NCBI GenBank assembly: GCA_964475235.1
Contig: CAYYVZ010000002.1
Location: 1 to 39,110, forward strand
Reading direction: 5' to 3'
Source: an uncultured Myxococcales bacterium
Lineage (GTDB): Bacteria > Desulfobacterota > Binatia > UBA1149 > CAITLU01
Length of the DNA stretch: 39,110 bases
Shown one piece after another: positions 25,101 to 34,321 of this stretch (position 1 is its first letter; each line of letters starts with the position of its first letter). The notes below the pieces were generated by a model. The model did no database searches and was not told the DNA's origin. It saw only the letters and a program-made list of their open reading frames with translations. The position numbers and the translations under genes are program-made.

Positions 25101-28097
25101 GACGTCCGTGGTCCGCTTTCCGTAGGTCCCGTCGCGATAGCCCCATTCCGCGCGGGAGGCCGTCACGTCGATCGGCGCGCCCGCGGCGATCCTGCCGTCG
25201 CGGTCGACGCCGATCACCGAGACGGTCACGTCGGTGCCGGGATCCACGTAGGACTTGTCCATGCGCAGGCCCACGTACAGGTCGGCGGGATGGACGATCA
25301 GCGAGGACTTCCTGTTCCAGGCCTGGCGATTGACGTCGATGACTTCGGTCTCCGCGGTCACCTTCATCGGTACGGCGGGATTCGCGCTCACGAGGTCGAG
25401 GTGGAGCGTGTGCGAGCCGTCCTGCCCGGTCGTGCCGCTGCTCGTCGCCGCCGGCCCGCGCGAGTAGCTGTAGTAATCGTATTCTCCGCCGTCGTACTCG
25501 CCGTATCCCCACGATGGGATCGCGCCGAAGTCGTACTCGCTGTGACCGGGTGGCACGAAACGGGTTTGCGACGAGCTCACCGTCCAGCGCACCGGCGCGC
25601 CGGCCAGCGGTCCGCCCGCGAAGTAGCTCGCGTCCACGCGCATGTCGGCACCGCCCCCGACCAGAGCGGGGCCGCCCGGCGACGACGCCTTCACTTCGAA
25701 CTCGGGACGCCGGAACTCGCGGATGTCGATCGTGTGCTCGCCCGAGCCGGCGAGGCCGAGCGCCGCCGCGTTGGTCAGCCAGAGCTCGATCGTGGCTTCG
25801 CCGAGATTCGCTTCAGGCGAGAGCTTGAAGCGTGCATCGAAGCCGCCGGCCGCGCTGACGTTCGACTTGCCTTCGGCCACTGTGTTCTGGCGCGCGTCGC
25901 GCACCCGGAACTGCACGCCTTCGAGCCAGGACGGCATGCCGACGTCGCCGCGCTTGCGGAAGTCCACCGTGCGGATCCAGCCCTTGATCGCGACTTCCTC
26001 GCCGGGCCGGTAGGTGCCGCGGTCGTCGTCCACGTGCCAGACGAGCTTGCGGTCGGTCGCCCCTGACCAATCGCTCCAGTACCAGTAAGAGCCTTCGACG
26101 AACGCGGAGTCGGCCCCGCGGCGTGCCACGAGGACGATGTCGTTGCGACGAGTCCCGTCCGGCATCGCCAGGGTCACGAGCCCGTCTCTGCCGGTGCGGC
26201 CGGAGATGCCGCCGGGCTCGAGCGACACGTCCACGCCGCTCGCCGGCGCGCCGCTCGCGAGCTCGCTCACGTACACCGTCACCGACTCGCGGTCGGCGAA
26301 CGCATCGAGGCCGAGATGCGTCAGCTGAATCCACGCCGTCGATTCGCCGGAGCGGTAGAAATCGTCGTCGTCGGCCTTCTCGACTTTGTCGGGACCGATC
26401 GCGACGATCGCATGCCCGAAACCTTCCGGACCCACGGCCGCGCCGAGGTCGATGTCGAGGACACGCTTGGCGCCGCGCGTTCCCGTCACGACGATCGTGT
26501 CGTCGAAGACCTTGGTTCCCGGCGCCTTCGAATAGTCCTTGTCGCCGTAACCGGCTCCCCAGCTCGACCAGGCCTCGTGGTCTTTCGGCTCGACTCGCCA
26601 GATCTTCAGCGCGAGCCGGTCGTAACCTTGCAGCTCGACCGGCACGGCCGGCTTCGCGCCGGGTTCGAGCACCGTCATTCCCCACGGCGCACGGAGGGAT
26701 GGATCGGCTTCCGCAACCCGCCACGCGCGCTTCTCGTCGCGGCCGAGCTGCTGGCCGCGCGTGTCGGTGATCTTGCCGGAGAACTTCACCTCGTACGTCG
26801 CGAGCGGCTGGACCTCGCCGCGCACGCGCAGCGTCGTCCCCGAGCACGACACGCTCATGTCCTCGATCGAAGGCGACACCTCGACGAACGAAGAAGTGCA
26901 GCTCGCCGGATCGAGCTCGGTCGAGAATCCCGCTTCGAAGCTGTCACCCGGGTCGCATGCCGTACGCTCGCAGGTCGCGTCGGTGATGGAGAGGGGAGGG
27001 AGCGTATAGAACGAGACGCTGCGCGCACTCCTGCTCGGATTCGGGCCCTCGGCCGATGGGACTCCGGCGAGGATCTCGATGGCGATGTGCGCGTTACGCG
27101 GCCACGGCGCGTCGCTCTTGAGGATGAGCAGGCGGTCGGTGCGTGCGTTCTCTCCAGCGGATTCGAGGAATTTCTTCAGGCGCGGGTCGGCTTCCTGCGC
27201 AGCGGCGACTTCGGCGTCGCTCGCGAGGCGCACAGCGGCTGCGTTCTTGGCGGCGCTGACCCTGACCAGCGGCAGCACATCGGCCGGAACGATCCGCTGG
27301 TCGAACTGGAGGACGATGGGCGTCTCGAGGCTGCCTCGCTCGTAGCCCGGCGGATAGCTGCCGACGACGTTCGGGCCGCCGGTGGTGAACGAGAACCGCT
27401 TTGCCTCGGCCAGCACGCCTCCGGCCGAGCTTCGCATTCCTGCCGGAATCTCGACTTCGTACGGCGTGGCCCCGGCCAGGCGGTCGGTCGCCTCGAACTG
27501 AAGCGTGCGCGAGTCCTTCCAGCGCCAGCTTCCCTCCGCCGCGGGCGTGATCTTCACCGGGGAACCTGCCGGCGCAGCCTCCGCCCACGTCGTCGCCATC
27601 GGCTGGCTGAAGACGACCTTCACGTACTTCGTGTCGCCGGTGTTGCCTTCGGGACTCCATTCGACGACGCGAAGTGGCGTGGGGACGGCGACCGTGCGCG
27701 GCGCGGGCGGCGAGGGCTCACGGGGCGGAGGAATCTGTTCTCGGGCAGGGGCTGCCGAAGGCGGCGGCGGACCGGGCTTCAGCACAGGCGCGCCGGCCGG
27801 CGCAGGTTCTGCGGCGGTGGCGGCCGGGAGCCGCGCGAGCAACCCGGTCGTCTCCTCGTCGGACAGCCTTCGCGCTTCCGGAGTTCGGGCGCGCTCGGGC
27901 GCCGGCGCGCTCGCCTGGCCTTCGGTCAGCCGCAGCGTCAGCCCGCTCGGAGCCTTTTCGATGGATTCGATCCGCGCGGCGAGATCGGCGGGCGGGGCCT
28001 GCAGCCGACCTGGACTGTCGCAGCTCGCTGCGAAGGCGGCAGCAACGACGAGAAGGATCGCGCGCGCGCTTCTTCGAATGTCGGAACGCGAGCGCAT
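22131..28097 (-). CDS. Alpha-2-macroglobulin family lipoprotein with an intact thioester, 1988 aa
   Basis: Lipoprotein signal MRSRSDIRRSARAILLVVAAAFAASC. A Pro/Ala-rich tether is followed by many Ig/MG-like domains. The thioester motif KYPYECAEQMSS places CAEQ at the complement of 23598-23609 (Cys1497). The thioester-domain helices include NGGFGLWS. Start taken at the ATG at 28097, not the track start at 28220. Confidence 0.9.
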   Translation of the reverse strand: MRSRSDIRRSARAILLVVAAAFAASCDSPGRLQAPPADLAARIESIEKAPSGLTLRLTEGQASAPAPERARTPEARRLSDEETTGLLARLPAATAAEPAPAGAPVLKPGPPPPSAAPAREQIPPPREPSPPAPRTVAVPTPLRVVEWSPEGNTGDTKYVKVVFSQPMATTWAEAAPAGSPVKITPAAEGSWRWKDSRTLQFEATDRLAGATPYEVEIPAGMRSSAGGVLAEAKRFSFTTGGPNVVGSYPPGYERGSLETPIVLQFDQRIVPADVLPLVRVSAAKNAAAVRLASDAEVAAAQEADPRLKKFLESAGENARTDRLLILKSDAPWPRNAHIAIEILAGVPSAEGPNPSRSARSVSFYTLPPLSITDATCERTACDPGDSFEAGFSTELDPASCTSSFVEVSPSIEDMSVSCSGTTLRVRGEVQPLATYEVKFSGKITDTRGQQLGRDEKRAWRVAEADPSLRAPWGMTVLEPGAKPAVPVELQGYDRLALKIWRVEPKDHEAWSSWGAGYGDKDYSKAPGTKVFDDTIVVTGTRGAKRVLDIDLGAAVGPEGFGHAIVAIGPDKVEKADDDDFYRSGESTAWIQLTHLGLDAFADRESVTVYVSELASGAPASGVDVSLEPGGISGRTGRDGLVTLAMPDGTRRNDIVLVARRGADSAFVEGSYWYWSDWSGATDRKLVWHVDDDRGTYRPGEEVAIKGWIRTVDFRKRGDVGMPSWLEGVQFRVRDARQNTVAEGKSNVSAAGGFDARFKLSPEANLGEATIELWLTNAAALGLAGSGEHTIDIREFRRPEFEVKASSPGGPALVGGGADMRVDASYFAGGPLAGAPVRWTVSSSQTRFVPPGHSEYDFGAIPSWGYGEYDGGEYDYYSYSRGPAATSSGTTGQDGSHTLHLDLVSANPAVPMKVTAETEVIDVNRQAWNRKSSLIVHPADLYVGLRMDKSYVDPGTDVTVSVIGVDRDGRIAAGAPIDVTASRAEWGYRDGTYGKRTTDVQRCFVTSGREPVTCRFHAAKGGSYDILASIADPQGRVSQTVSSFYASGWYRDESTGVREEKIELSSIRRQYAGGETARVTIGAPFYPAEATVTIRRSGIVDTKRLRLERTMSIDVPITDSLAPSFQVQVDAVGQAPRTQPDGGAPLPPRPAYASGAIQFRVTPKSRILDVSVAPDRASVTPASEAGFAISVRDAKGAPVAGAEVAVFVVDEAILALSNHSLGDPIKTFHPDRGPGASDWHSREHLLLRGEVPAGEALGGAYGEPEEAPGGFGDAPPPLFLRKDMSPLAAFFPALVTDAEGRASASFKLPDSVTRYRIMAIAAADAARFGKAEASITAELPLVVRPSAPRFLNFGDVFDLPVVVQNRTDREASVKVALRASNLSLTQGAGREVTIPANDRVELRFPAAAGVPGQASFDVVAASSEAGDAASVTLPVSTPAAMQSASVYGVVDEGAVHHPLALPDGVWPGVGGLDVTTSSTNLQSLTDAILYLVKYPYECAEQMSSRILAVVAMEDVLSSFRASGLPSPEAIRSSVEAHLKELVKRQGANGGFGLWSASEASSPFVTAHATHALLRAKERGYEVPPEAIEKGLGYLRTVEGSVPDFYTSWMRAVPSSYALYVRALSGDVDVARVREVIARAGGTDKVPAEACGWMLGAIAATKTPEKKALTDCVLGRVRETSGTASFPADYEDRARLLFYSTTRSDGVVLEALIRARPDLAVIPKLTAGLLAQRKSGQWSNTQDNAFALLALNTYFRTFEKEEPDFLAKVWLGDGFAGEHAFRGRSTESAAFKVSTPDILARSKGPLAIAKDGPGRLYYRAALRYAPKALDLVPAERGFVVDRRYEGADDPRDVVQQGDGSWKIRLGARVKVRVGMRNNERRYQVALVDPLPAGLEPIAPVSGTGATPSYYDFYEDDMYFGWWNRTWQIHQNLRDDRAEAFASLLWPGSHDYEYTARATTPGTFVVPPARAEEMYSPDVYGHSASTRVVIE

Positions 28098-28323
28098 CGG
28101 CCGCCGCGAGCATGGCGGCCGAGCACGCGCGAGACAAGCGGCGTTTCGGCAGAACGCCTGAAACGGAAGGCGGGCGGTGATGCCGGCCACCGTCGAAGGC
28201 AGCACGCGACGTTCCAGCACCTGCCCATCTTGTGTTGGCGGCGCCCCCTCGGCACGAACGCGACCGGGCGCGGTGGCCCGGAAGCTCCTGAAGGCGCCCG
28301 GGCGGCGCGGAGGCGAGAGAGGA

Positions 28324-29094
28324 ATGAATTACGAAATCCGGGCGCTGTCGTTCAGCGAGATCCTCGACACCTCTTTTTCGATCCTCCGCGAGAACTTCGT
28401 TCTGCTGGTGGGCGTTTCGGCCAGCATGTACCTGCCGATCGCGATCGTCTCGGCGTTTCTCGGCCAACCCGTCGCCGAGGCCCAGCCCGAGCTGGACGTG
28501 CAGGACCTGTTGGCCGGGCTGTTCATCCTGGTTTACCTCTCGGTGCTCTGGCCGATCGTGACCGCCTCGCTCGCGCATGCGATCGGCGAGATCTACCGCG
28601 GCAACCAGGTCACCATCGGTGCCGCACTCTCGCGCGGCTGGAAGCTGATCCTGCCGCTGTCGGGGACGGCGATTCTCGCCTGGACGCTCACCCTGTTCGG
28701 CCTGATCCTTCTCGTCATCCCCGGCATCTATCTCATGCTCGCGTGGTCCCAGTGGACCAACATCGCCGTGCTCGAGGACACGTTCGGGTACAAGGCGCTG
28801 AAGCGAAGCTCCGAGCTCGTCCGCGGGTATCGCTGGCGAACCTTCGGCCTGTTCTTCGTCATTGGGATCGTCGTGTGGGTGCTGTCGGTAGCCGTCAGCC
28901 TCACGCTCGGGTTCGTGCCGTTGGTCGGTCCGCTCGTCGAAGGGGTGGTTCAATCCATCGGCGGCACGTTCACGTCGATCATCCTCGTGGTGATGTACTT
29001 CGACCTGCGCTGCCGAAAGGAGCAGTTCGACATCGAGCACCTCGCGACCATCGTTTCCTCTCCGGCTGCCGAAAGCGCTGCTGCGCTTTCCTGA
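28324..29094 (+). CDS. Polytopic membrane protein, 256 aa, GP-PDE-membrane-domain-like; first gene of the MoxR cluster
   Basis: MNYEIRALSFSEILDTSFSILRENFVLLVGV followed by 5-6 TM helices and YFDLRCRKEQFD near the C-terminus. GAGAGAGGA lies just upstream of the ATG. Confidence 0.7.
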   Translation: MNYEIRALSFSEILDTSFSILRENFVLLVGVSASMYLPIAIVSAFLGQPVAEAQPELDVQDLLAGLFILVYLSVLWPIVTASLAHAIGEIYRGNQVTIGAALSRGWKLILPLSGTAILAWTLTLFGLILLVIPGIYLMLAWSQWTNIAVLEDTFGYKALKRSSELVRGYRWRTFGLFFVIGIVVWVLSVAVSLTLGFVPLVGPLVEGVVQSIGGTFTSIILVVMYFDLRCRKEQFDIEHLATIVSSPAAESAAALS

Positions 29095-29103
29095 ACCAGC
29101 ACG

Positions 29104-29721
29104 TTGGCGACTCCGGCCGGCTCGGACGAGGAAATCCGCCGCCTCGCGCGCGAGATCCTGAGCGAACCCGAGTTCGCACGCTGGCGGCCGGCCGCCATGG
29201 GGTCGCTCGAGGAGACGCTGATCGAATGGCTCAACTGGATCGTCCGCTTTCTCTCCGGAACGGCGGACGTGAGCCTGGCGGCCTACGTCGTCTTCTGGTG
29301 CGCGCTCGCGGCGTTCGTTCTCCTTCTGGGTTCCCAGGCCGTGCGAACGATCCGCGCCGTGCGCGCGCCGCGGGTCGCCGTTGCGCGCCCTACGCGTGAG
29401 GCCCGCACCACCGATTTCGCCGCCGAAGCCGAAGCGTTCGCGCGCGAGGGGCGCTACCTCGAGGCGGCGCACTGTCTTCACCTCGCGTGCATCGAAGCGC
29501 TTCTGCAACGCGGAGTGCTGCGCCTTTCGCGGTCCGAGCCCAACCGCACGCTGAGGGCTCGCCTGCGCGCGTCCTCGCTGCCGGCGGCGGACTCCGAAGA
29601 GCTCTGCCGCCTTCTCGACAGCATGGAGTCGTCGTGGTTCCGCACGCGCCAGGCGGACGCACCCCTCTACGAAGCGTGGCGCGCGGCACACCGGCGCCTC
29701 GCCGGCGGAGCGGCCAGGTGA
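29104..29721 (+). CDS. DUF4129 domain membrane protein, about 205 aa (TTG start; start uncertain)
   Basis: AREILSEPEFARW, one TM (AAYVVFWCALAAFVLLL), then AEAFAREGRYLEAAHCLHLACIEALLQRGVLRLSRSEPNRT. This is the DUF4129 pattern. Lies 9 nt after the upstream stop. Confidence 0.65.
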   Translation: MATPAGSDEEIRRLAREILSEPEFARWRPAAMGSLEETLIEWLNWIVRFLSGTADVSLAAYVVFWCALAAFVLLLGSQAVRTIRAVRAPRVAVARPTREARTTDFAAEAEAFAREGRYLEAAHCLHLACIEALLQRGVLRLSRSEPNRTLRARLRASSLPAADSEELCRLLDSMESSWFRTRQADAPLYEAWRAAHRRLAGGAAR

Positions 29722-30923
29722 GCACGCTGCAGCGGGCCGCGCTCCTTTCGGTGTTCTTCGGCCTCATCGTCGTCGGCTTCTTCGCGCAGAGCGACGGCCG
29801 CGAGGTGACGACGACGAGCTTCGGCGAAACACCGAAGGGCTACCGCGCCGCGTACGAGTTGCTGCGACGCCTCGCGGTTCCGGTCAGCCGCAGCTCTTCC
29901 GATCCGGCTGCGCTCGCGCCGGGCACGCTCTGGCTGATCGACCCGCCGCGACTCTGCGGTCCGGCAGCGCAGGTGATGCCGATGGACGACTACGGCGCCG
30001 ACGGGACGCTGTCCGGATGGGTGCGGCGCGGAGGAACGCTCGTGCTGTTTCTCGACGCGGGATCGAACGACTCGTGCGACGCGATTGCCGGCTTCGACCT
30101 GCCGATGCTCGATCCACTCGTCTGCCAGCCGGGAGCGGAGAACGACGGTGATCCCGGGGAGCAACAAAAGGCTGGGAAACCCCCGTCGATCCAGCAGGAA
30201 ACCGGCAAATCCGGAACCGTGGAAATGACCGGGCGCCTGGCCGCCTCGCCTCGCCGGCTCGAATCCGTCCTGCGCACGTTCCTGCCCGGATCCACGTGGG
30301 AGACCGTGCTCGACGCGAACGGCAGTCCGTTCGTGGTCGAACGCGAGCTCGGCGACGGGCGCATCGTCGCGATCGCCGACGCCCGCGTCGCCAGCAACCA
30401 GTTCCTCGACCTGCACGACTCCGCGCTGCTGCTCGTGGACGTGGTGCGTGCGTACGGCGACCCGACGATCGACGAATGGCTGCACGGGTTTCGCACGCAC
30501 GAGAGCCTTCCGCTTTATCTGCTTTCGTCGCCGGCGCTGCCGGTGTTCTGCGGCATCGCGCTGCTCGCGCTCGCGCTCGCGTGGTACGGTGCGGTCGTGC
30601 CGGCCCGAACCGCGCGGACGCACCTCGAGCCGCCGTCCCTCGACGGCTCGATCGATGCGCTGGCCGCGGCCTACGCGGCGACGGCAGACTACCCGTCCCT
30701 GCACGAACGTTACCGCCACTATGCGTCCGGCCGGCTGCGTCACTTCCTGGGAATGCCTGCCGACACGGCGCTCGACGTGCTCGCCGGCGCGCTCGAGCGG
30801 CGCCGCCGCATTCCCCGCGATCGTGTGCACGCACTGTTCGACCGCAAGGCGGCCGGCGAGCGCGACGACATGATCGACCAGATGCACCGACTCGACCAGC
30901 TCATCCAGGAGGCCCGCCCATGA
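29718..30923 (+). CDS. DUF4350 domain protein, 401 aa
   Basis: The GTG start overlaps the upstream stop (GTGA). N-terminal TM, then GYRAAYELLRRLAVPV...GTLWLIDPP...WVRRGGTLVLFLD, a second TM, and a helical C-terminus. Confidence 0.65.
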   Translation: MSTLQRAALLSVFFGLIVVGFFAQSDGREVTTTSFGETPKGYRAAYELLRRLAVPVSRSSSDPAALAPGTLWLIDPPRLCGPAAQVMPMDDYGADGTLSGWVRRGGTLVLFLDAGSNDSCDAIAGFDLPMLDPLVCQPGAENDGDPGEQQKAGKPPSIQQETGKSGTVEMTGRLAASPRRLESVLRTFLPGSTWETVLDANGSPFVVERELGDGRIVAIADARVASNQFLDLHDSALLLVDVVRAYGDPTIDEWLHGFRTHESLPLYLLSSPALPVFCGIALLALALAWYGAVVPARTARTHLEPPSLDGSIDALAAAYAATADYPSLHERYRHYASGRLRHFLGMPADTALDVLAGALERRRRIPRDRVHALFDRKAAGERDDMIDQMHRLDQLIQEARP

Positions 30924-31870
30924 GTTCGCCCGACGTGGACTTCACGAAAGACAGCTACGAACGGATCGCATCGGCGATTCGCGAAGTCGTCATCGGACAG
31001 GACGAAGCGCTGCGCCTCGTCTTCGCAACGCTCGTGTGCCCGGGACACAGCCTGATCGAAGGCGTTCCGGGTCTCGCCAAGACCCTGCTCGTGCGCTGCC
31101 TCGCGTCGGCGCTCGGCATCCGCTTCGGGCGCGTGCAGTTCACGCCGGACCTCATGCCGAGCGACATCACCGGCACGCCGATCCTGCAGCCGAACAGCGG
31201 CCGCGTGGAGTTCCGTCCGGGCCCCATCTTCACCGACCTCCTGCTGGCCGACGAGATCAACCGCGCATCGGCCAAGACCCAGGCGGCCCTGCTCGAAGCG
31301 ATGCAGGAAAGCGCCGTCACCGTGGACGGCCAGCGCCACGAGCTGGGTCCCGACTTCTGCGTGTTCGCGACGCAGAACCCTGTCGAGCACGAAGGCACCT
31401 ACGCGCTGCCCGAGGCGGAGCTCGACCGCTTCCTCTTCAAGATCGTCGTCGGCTATCCGGACGAGGCCGACGAGATCGCGATTCTGGCGGGCCACCACGC
31501 GCATCCGCGCAGCGCCGTTCCCTCGGCGATCCTCGACTCCGCGGACCTGGCGCGCTGCCGCGAAGCCGTGCGCGGCGTCATCGTGCGCGACGAGATCGTC
31601 GCGTACACGACGGCGCTCGTCCGCGCCACGCGCTCGGACGCCAACTTCGCACTCGGTGCGTCGCCGCGCGCGGGCGTGTTCCTGCTGCGCGCCGCCAAGT
31701 GCGGCGCCGCGATCGCGGGCCGCGACTTCGTGCTGCCCGAAGACGTCCAGGAGATGGTTCTGCCCGTCCTCCAGCACCGCGTGCAGCTCCAGCCGAGCGC
31801 GGAGATCGAAGGTTTGTCCGTCGGCCGCGCGCTGCAGGCAACGATGTCGAGCGTGACCGTCCCGCGCTGA
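30920..31870 (+). CDS. moxR: MoxR-family AAA+ ATPase, 316 aa
   Basis: VIGQDEALRLV, Walker A EGVPGLAKT, Walker B LLLADEINRA, sensor-1 FATQNP, EAELDRF. The ATG overlaps the upstream stop (ATGA). Confidence 0.93.
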   Translation: MSSPDVDFTKDSYERIASAIREVVIGQDEALRLVFATLVCPGHSLIEGVPGLAKTLLVRCLASALGIRFGRVQFTPDLMPSDITGTPILQPNSGRVEFRPGPIFTDLLLADEINRASAKTQAALLEAMQESAVTVDGQRHELGPDFCVFATQNPVEHEGTYALPEAELDRFLFKIVVGYPDEADEIAILAGHHAHPRSAVPSAILDSADLARCREAVRGVIVRDEIVAYTTALVRATRSDANFALGASPRAGVFLLRAAKCGAAIAGRDFVLPEDVQEMVLPVLQHRVQLQPSAEIEGLSVGRALQATMSSVTVPR

Positions 31871-31886
31871 CGGTACCGGCACGGCG

Positions 31887-33224
31887 ATGATCGGACCCTC
31901 GACGAGACTGCTGCGGCTGTTCGCGGCCTGGACGGCGTCGGCGCTGCTGGTGGTCGCGGCGCCGGGACTCGCGCCGGTGGCGTGGAGCGCACTCGTCGCA
32001 CTGGCCGTCGTGCTCGCGTGGGATGCGCGGTCGCTGGCGCGCGAGCCCCGCATCGCGGCAAGGCGGATGCTTCCCGACCGGGCTTTCGTCGGGCAGGACA
32101 TCGAGATCGGCGTCGAGATCGCGAACGCCGGCACGCGCGGCGTCGCCGTCGAGGTCATCGACGAACCGGCGGACGACCTGCGCCGCGACGAGCCTCTGCT
32201 GCGAGCCGGCCCCGTTCCCGGCGGCGACCGCGTGGTCGTGACGTATGCCGCACGACCCGGGAAGCGGGGAAACCGCCCGTTCGGTTCGATCCTCACCGTC
32301 GCGGACTCGCCGCTCGGGCTGCTGCGCCGGCGCACGGTTCACGAATCCCCGGCGTCGCTGCGGGTGTTTCCGAGCGCGGCGCAGTCGTTGCGCGAGGCGC
32401 TGCGGGATCCTGCCGGGCTCCTCGTCGACACGGGCGCGAAGCCCATCCGGCGCCGCGGCGAAGGCATGGACCTCGAGTCGCTGCGCGACTACGTGGAAGG
32501 CGACGACCCGCGCCGTGTGCACTGGGCAGCGAGCGCGCGCCGCGGCCGACCCGTCGTGCGCGTGAACCAGCACGAATCGAATCACGCCGTGCTGCTCGCC
32601 GTGGACACGAGCCGTCTCATGGGCGTCCAGGTCGAAGGCCGCAGCAAGCTCGACTACGCGGTCGATGCCGCGATCGCGCTCGGCCTCGCGGCTCTCGGTC
32701 ACGGAGATCGCGTCGGAGTCGCGGCGTTCGACGCGAAGGTGCACGCGCTGGTGGCACCGCGCGGCTCGCGCCGGCAGCTCGCGTCGATCGTCGATGCGCT
32801 TCAGCCCCTCGAGCCGTCGGCCGGCGAAGCCAGCTACCGGGATCTCGTGCGCACGCTCTGTGCCAGGCAGCGCCGGCGCTGCCTGGTGATCGTGCTCACC
32901 GATTTCGTCGAGATCGATCCCGAGTCGCTCGTGTTGCCGCTGCGGACGCTGTCGCGCCAGCACGGCGTCGTCGTCGCCGCGCTGCGCGACCCCGTCTTTC
33001 TCGAGCTCGACCGCGCGGCGCCGGACGCCGTGCCGCACGCCGGTCCGTCCGCCGAGATTACGATGATGCGCCGGCTCGTGCTCGACGACCTGGCCGCCGC
33101 GCGCGAATCGACGCTCGCGCAGCTTCGGCGCGCCGGCATCTCGACCATCGACGCGATGCCGCGCGCGCTCGGGGCATCGCTGGTCAATCGCTATCTGGAG
33201 CTGCGCTACGGGCCGGAACGATGA
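31887..33224 (+). CDS. DUF58 (vWA-like) protein, 445 aa
   Basis: Two N-terminal TM helices. LRDYVEGDDPRRVHWAASARRGRPVVRVNQHE is the DUF58 signature. LLAVDTSRLM is a MIDAS-like segment. Confidence 0.88.
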   Translation: MIGPSTRLLRLFAAWTASALLVVAAPGLAPVAWSALVALAVVLAWDARSLAREPRIAARRMLPDRAFVGQDIEIGVEIANAGTRGVAVEVIDEPADDLRRDEPLLRAGPVPGGDRVVVTYAARPGKRGNRPFGSILTVADSPLGLLRRRTVHESPASLRVFPSAAQSLREALRDPAGLLVDTGAKPIRRRGEGMDLESLRDYVEGDDPRRVHWAASARRGRPVVRVNQHESNHAVLLAVDTSRLMGVQVEGRSKLDYAVDAAIALGLAALGHGDRVGVAAFDAKVHALVAPRGSRRQLASIVDALQPLEPSAGEASYRDLVRTLCARQRRRCLVIVLTDFVEIDPESLVLPLRTLSRQHGVVVAALRDPVFLELDRAAPDAVPHAGPSAEITMMRRLVLDDLAAARESTLAQLRRAGISTIDAMPRALGASLVNRYLELRYGPER

Positions 33225-34254
33225 GCGCGGACATCCATTCGGTCGAGGGCGGAGCGTCTTTCGCGAGCCTTCGCGTGGTGACGAGGACACCGGCGACGAG
33301 GGCGCAGCACGCGGCGACGACGAGAAAGCGCGCCCCGGTCGAGATGCCCGACTCGCGCACGAAGCTCTCGATGAACGCGGCCAGCAGGAACAGTGGAATC
33401 GCCATCGCGAGCAGCATGAGGGCCGACGGAACCGCCGTGCGCAGCGCGGCAGCGCGCCCCCGGCGCCCCGGAAGCGCCACCGCTTCGCCCAGCAGCAGCC
33501 CGCCGGCGGCGCAGAGCGAGATCGCGCCTAGCTCGGGAATCCCGTGCGGAAGGATCCACGCGAGGAAACGCCAGGCGAGGTCGTCGCGCAGGAAGACGGC
33601 TCCGAGCGCTCCGAGCACCAGACCGTTGTAGATCTGCAACAGAAGTGTCGGGACGCCTGCGAGGATGCCGACGGCGAACGAAAGCAGGCCAACGCGCGTG
33701 TTGTTCGCGAACAGCATCGAGCCGAAGAACGCACGCTCGGAAAGGTCCGAAGCTTCCCACTGGAGGAAGTCCTCGCGAGCTTCGCGCGAGGACCAGAGCT
33801 TCTCGAGCGAGGCCGGGGAGTAGCCGAGCTGACGGGGGACGAACGCCGTCAGCGCCTCGGGCGTCGAGCGCGCGAGCACTCCGCCGACGAACACGCCCAT
33901 CGCGAGCAGCGACCACGCAAGGACCTGCGCGTGCCAGGTTCGCCTCAGTGCGTCGGCTGCGCGGCTCGTCCATGGCGTCGGGCCGGATCCGGCGTCGGCC
34001 GCCGGCGGCGCTGGCAGCAGCGTGTGGGCACGGACGCACAATGCGTTGACGTAGCGGATGTGGTCGTCGTCGCTGCCCGCTTCGCGCAGTCTCGCGAGTC
34101 GCGCGGCGTGGATCCGGTACAGCGACACGAGCTCGCGAAGATCGTCCAGCGCAACGCCGCGCAGCCGGGTCTTCTCGCTGCGGTCGAGCAGGAGCTCGAA
34201 TCGCTTGGCATCCGAAATCGTTTGCGTTCTATTTCTGCCCGCTGCGGTCGTCAT
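33184..34254 (-). CDS. Stage II sporulation protein M-like (SpoIIM/DUF95) membrane protein, 356 aa
   Basis: N-terminal soluble helical region (RFELLLDRSEKTRLRG...LYRIHAARLARL), then a polytopic region FANNTRVGLLSFAVGILAGVPTLLLQIYNGLVLG...LPHGIPELGAISLCAAGG. ATG at 34254. The 3' end overlaps the DUF58 3' end by 41 nt. Confidence 0.8.
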   Translation of the reverse strand: MTTAAGRNRTQTISDAKRFELLLDRSEKTRLRGVALDDLRELVSLYRIHAARLARLREAGSDDDHIRYVNALCVRAHTLLPAPPAADAGSGPTPWTSRAADALRRTWHAQVLAWSLLAMGVFVGGVLARSTPEALTAFVPRQLGYSPASLEKLWSSREAREDFLQWEASDLSERAFFGSMLFANNTRVGLLSFAVGILAGVPTLLLQIYNGLVLGALGAVFLRDDLAWRFLAWILPHGIPELGAISLCAAGGLLLGEAVALPGRRGRAAALRTAVPSALMLLAMAIPLFLLAAFIESFVRESGISTGARFLVVAACCALVAGVLVTTRRLAKDAPPSTEWMSALIVPARSAAPDSD

Positions 34255-34321
34255 CGGTGGTTCGGTTCGATCCGAGCGTAGGCCCAGGCGCGGCGTCATT
34301 CCAGTGCAACCTCGTCAAGAA

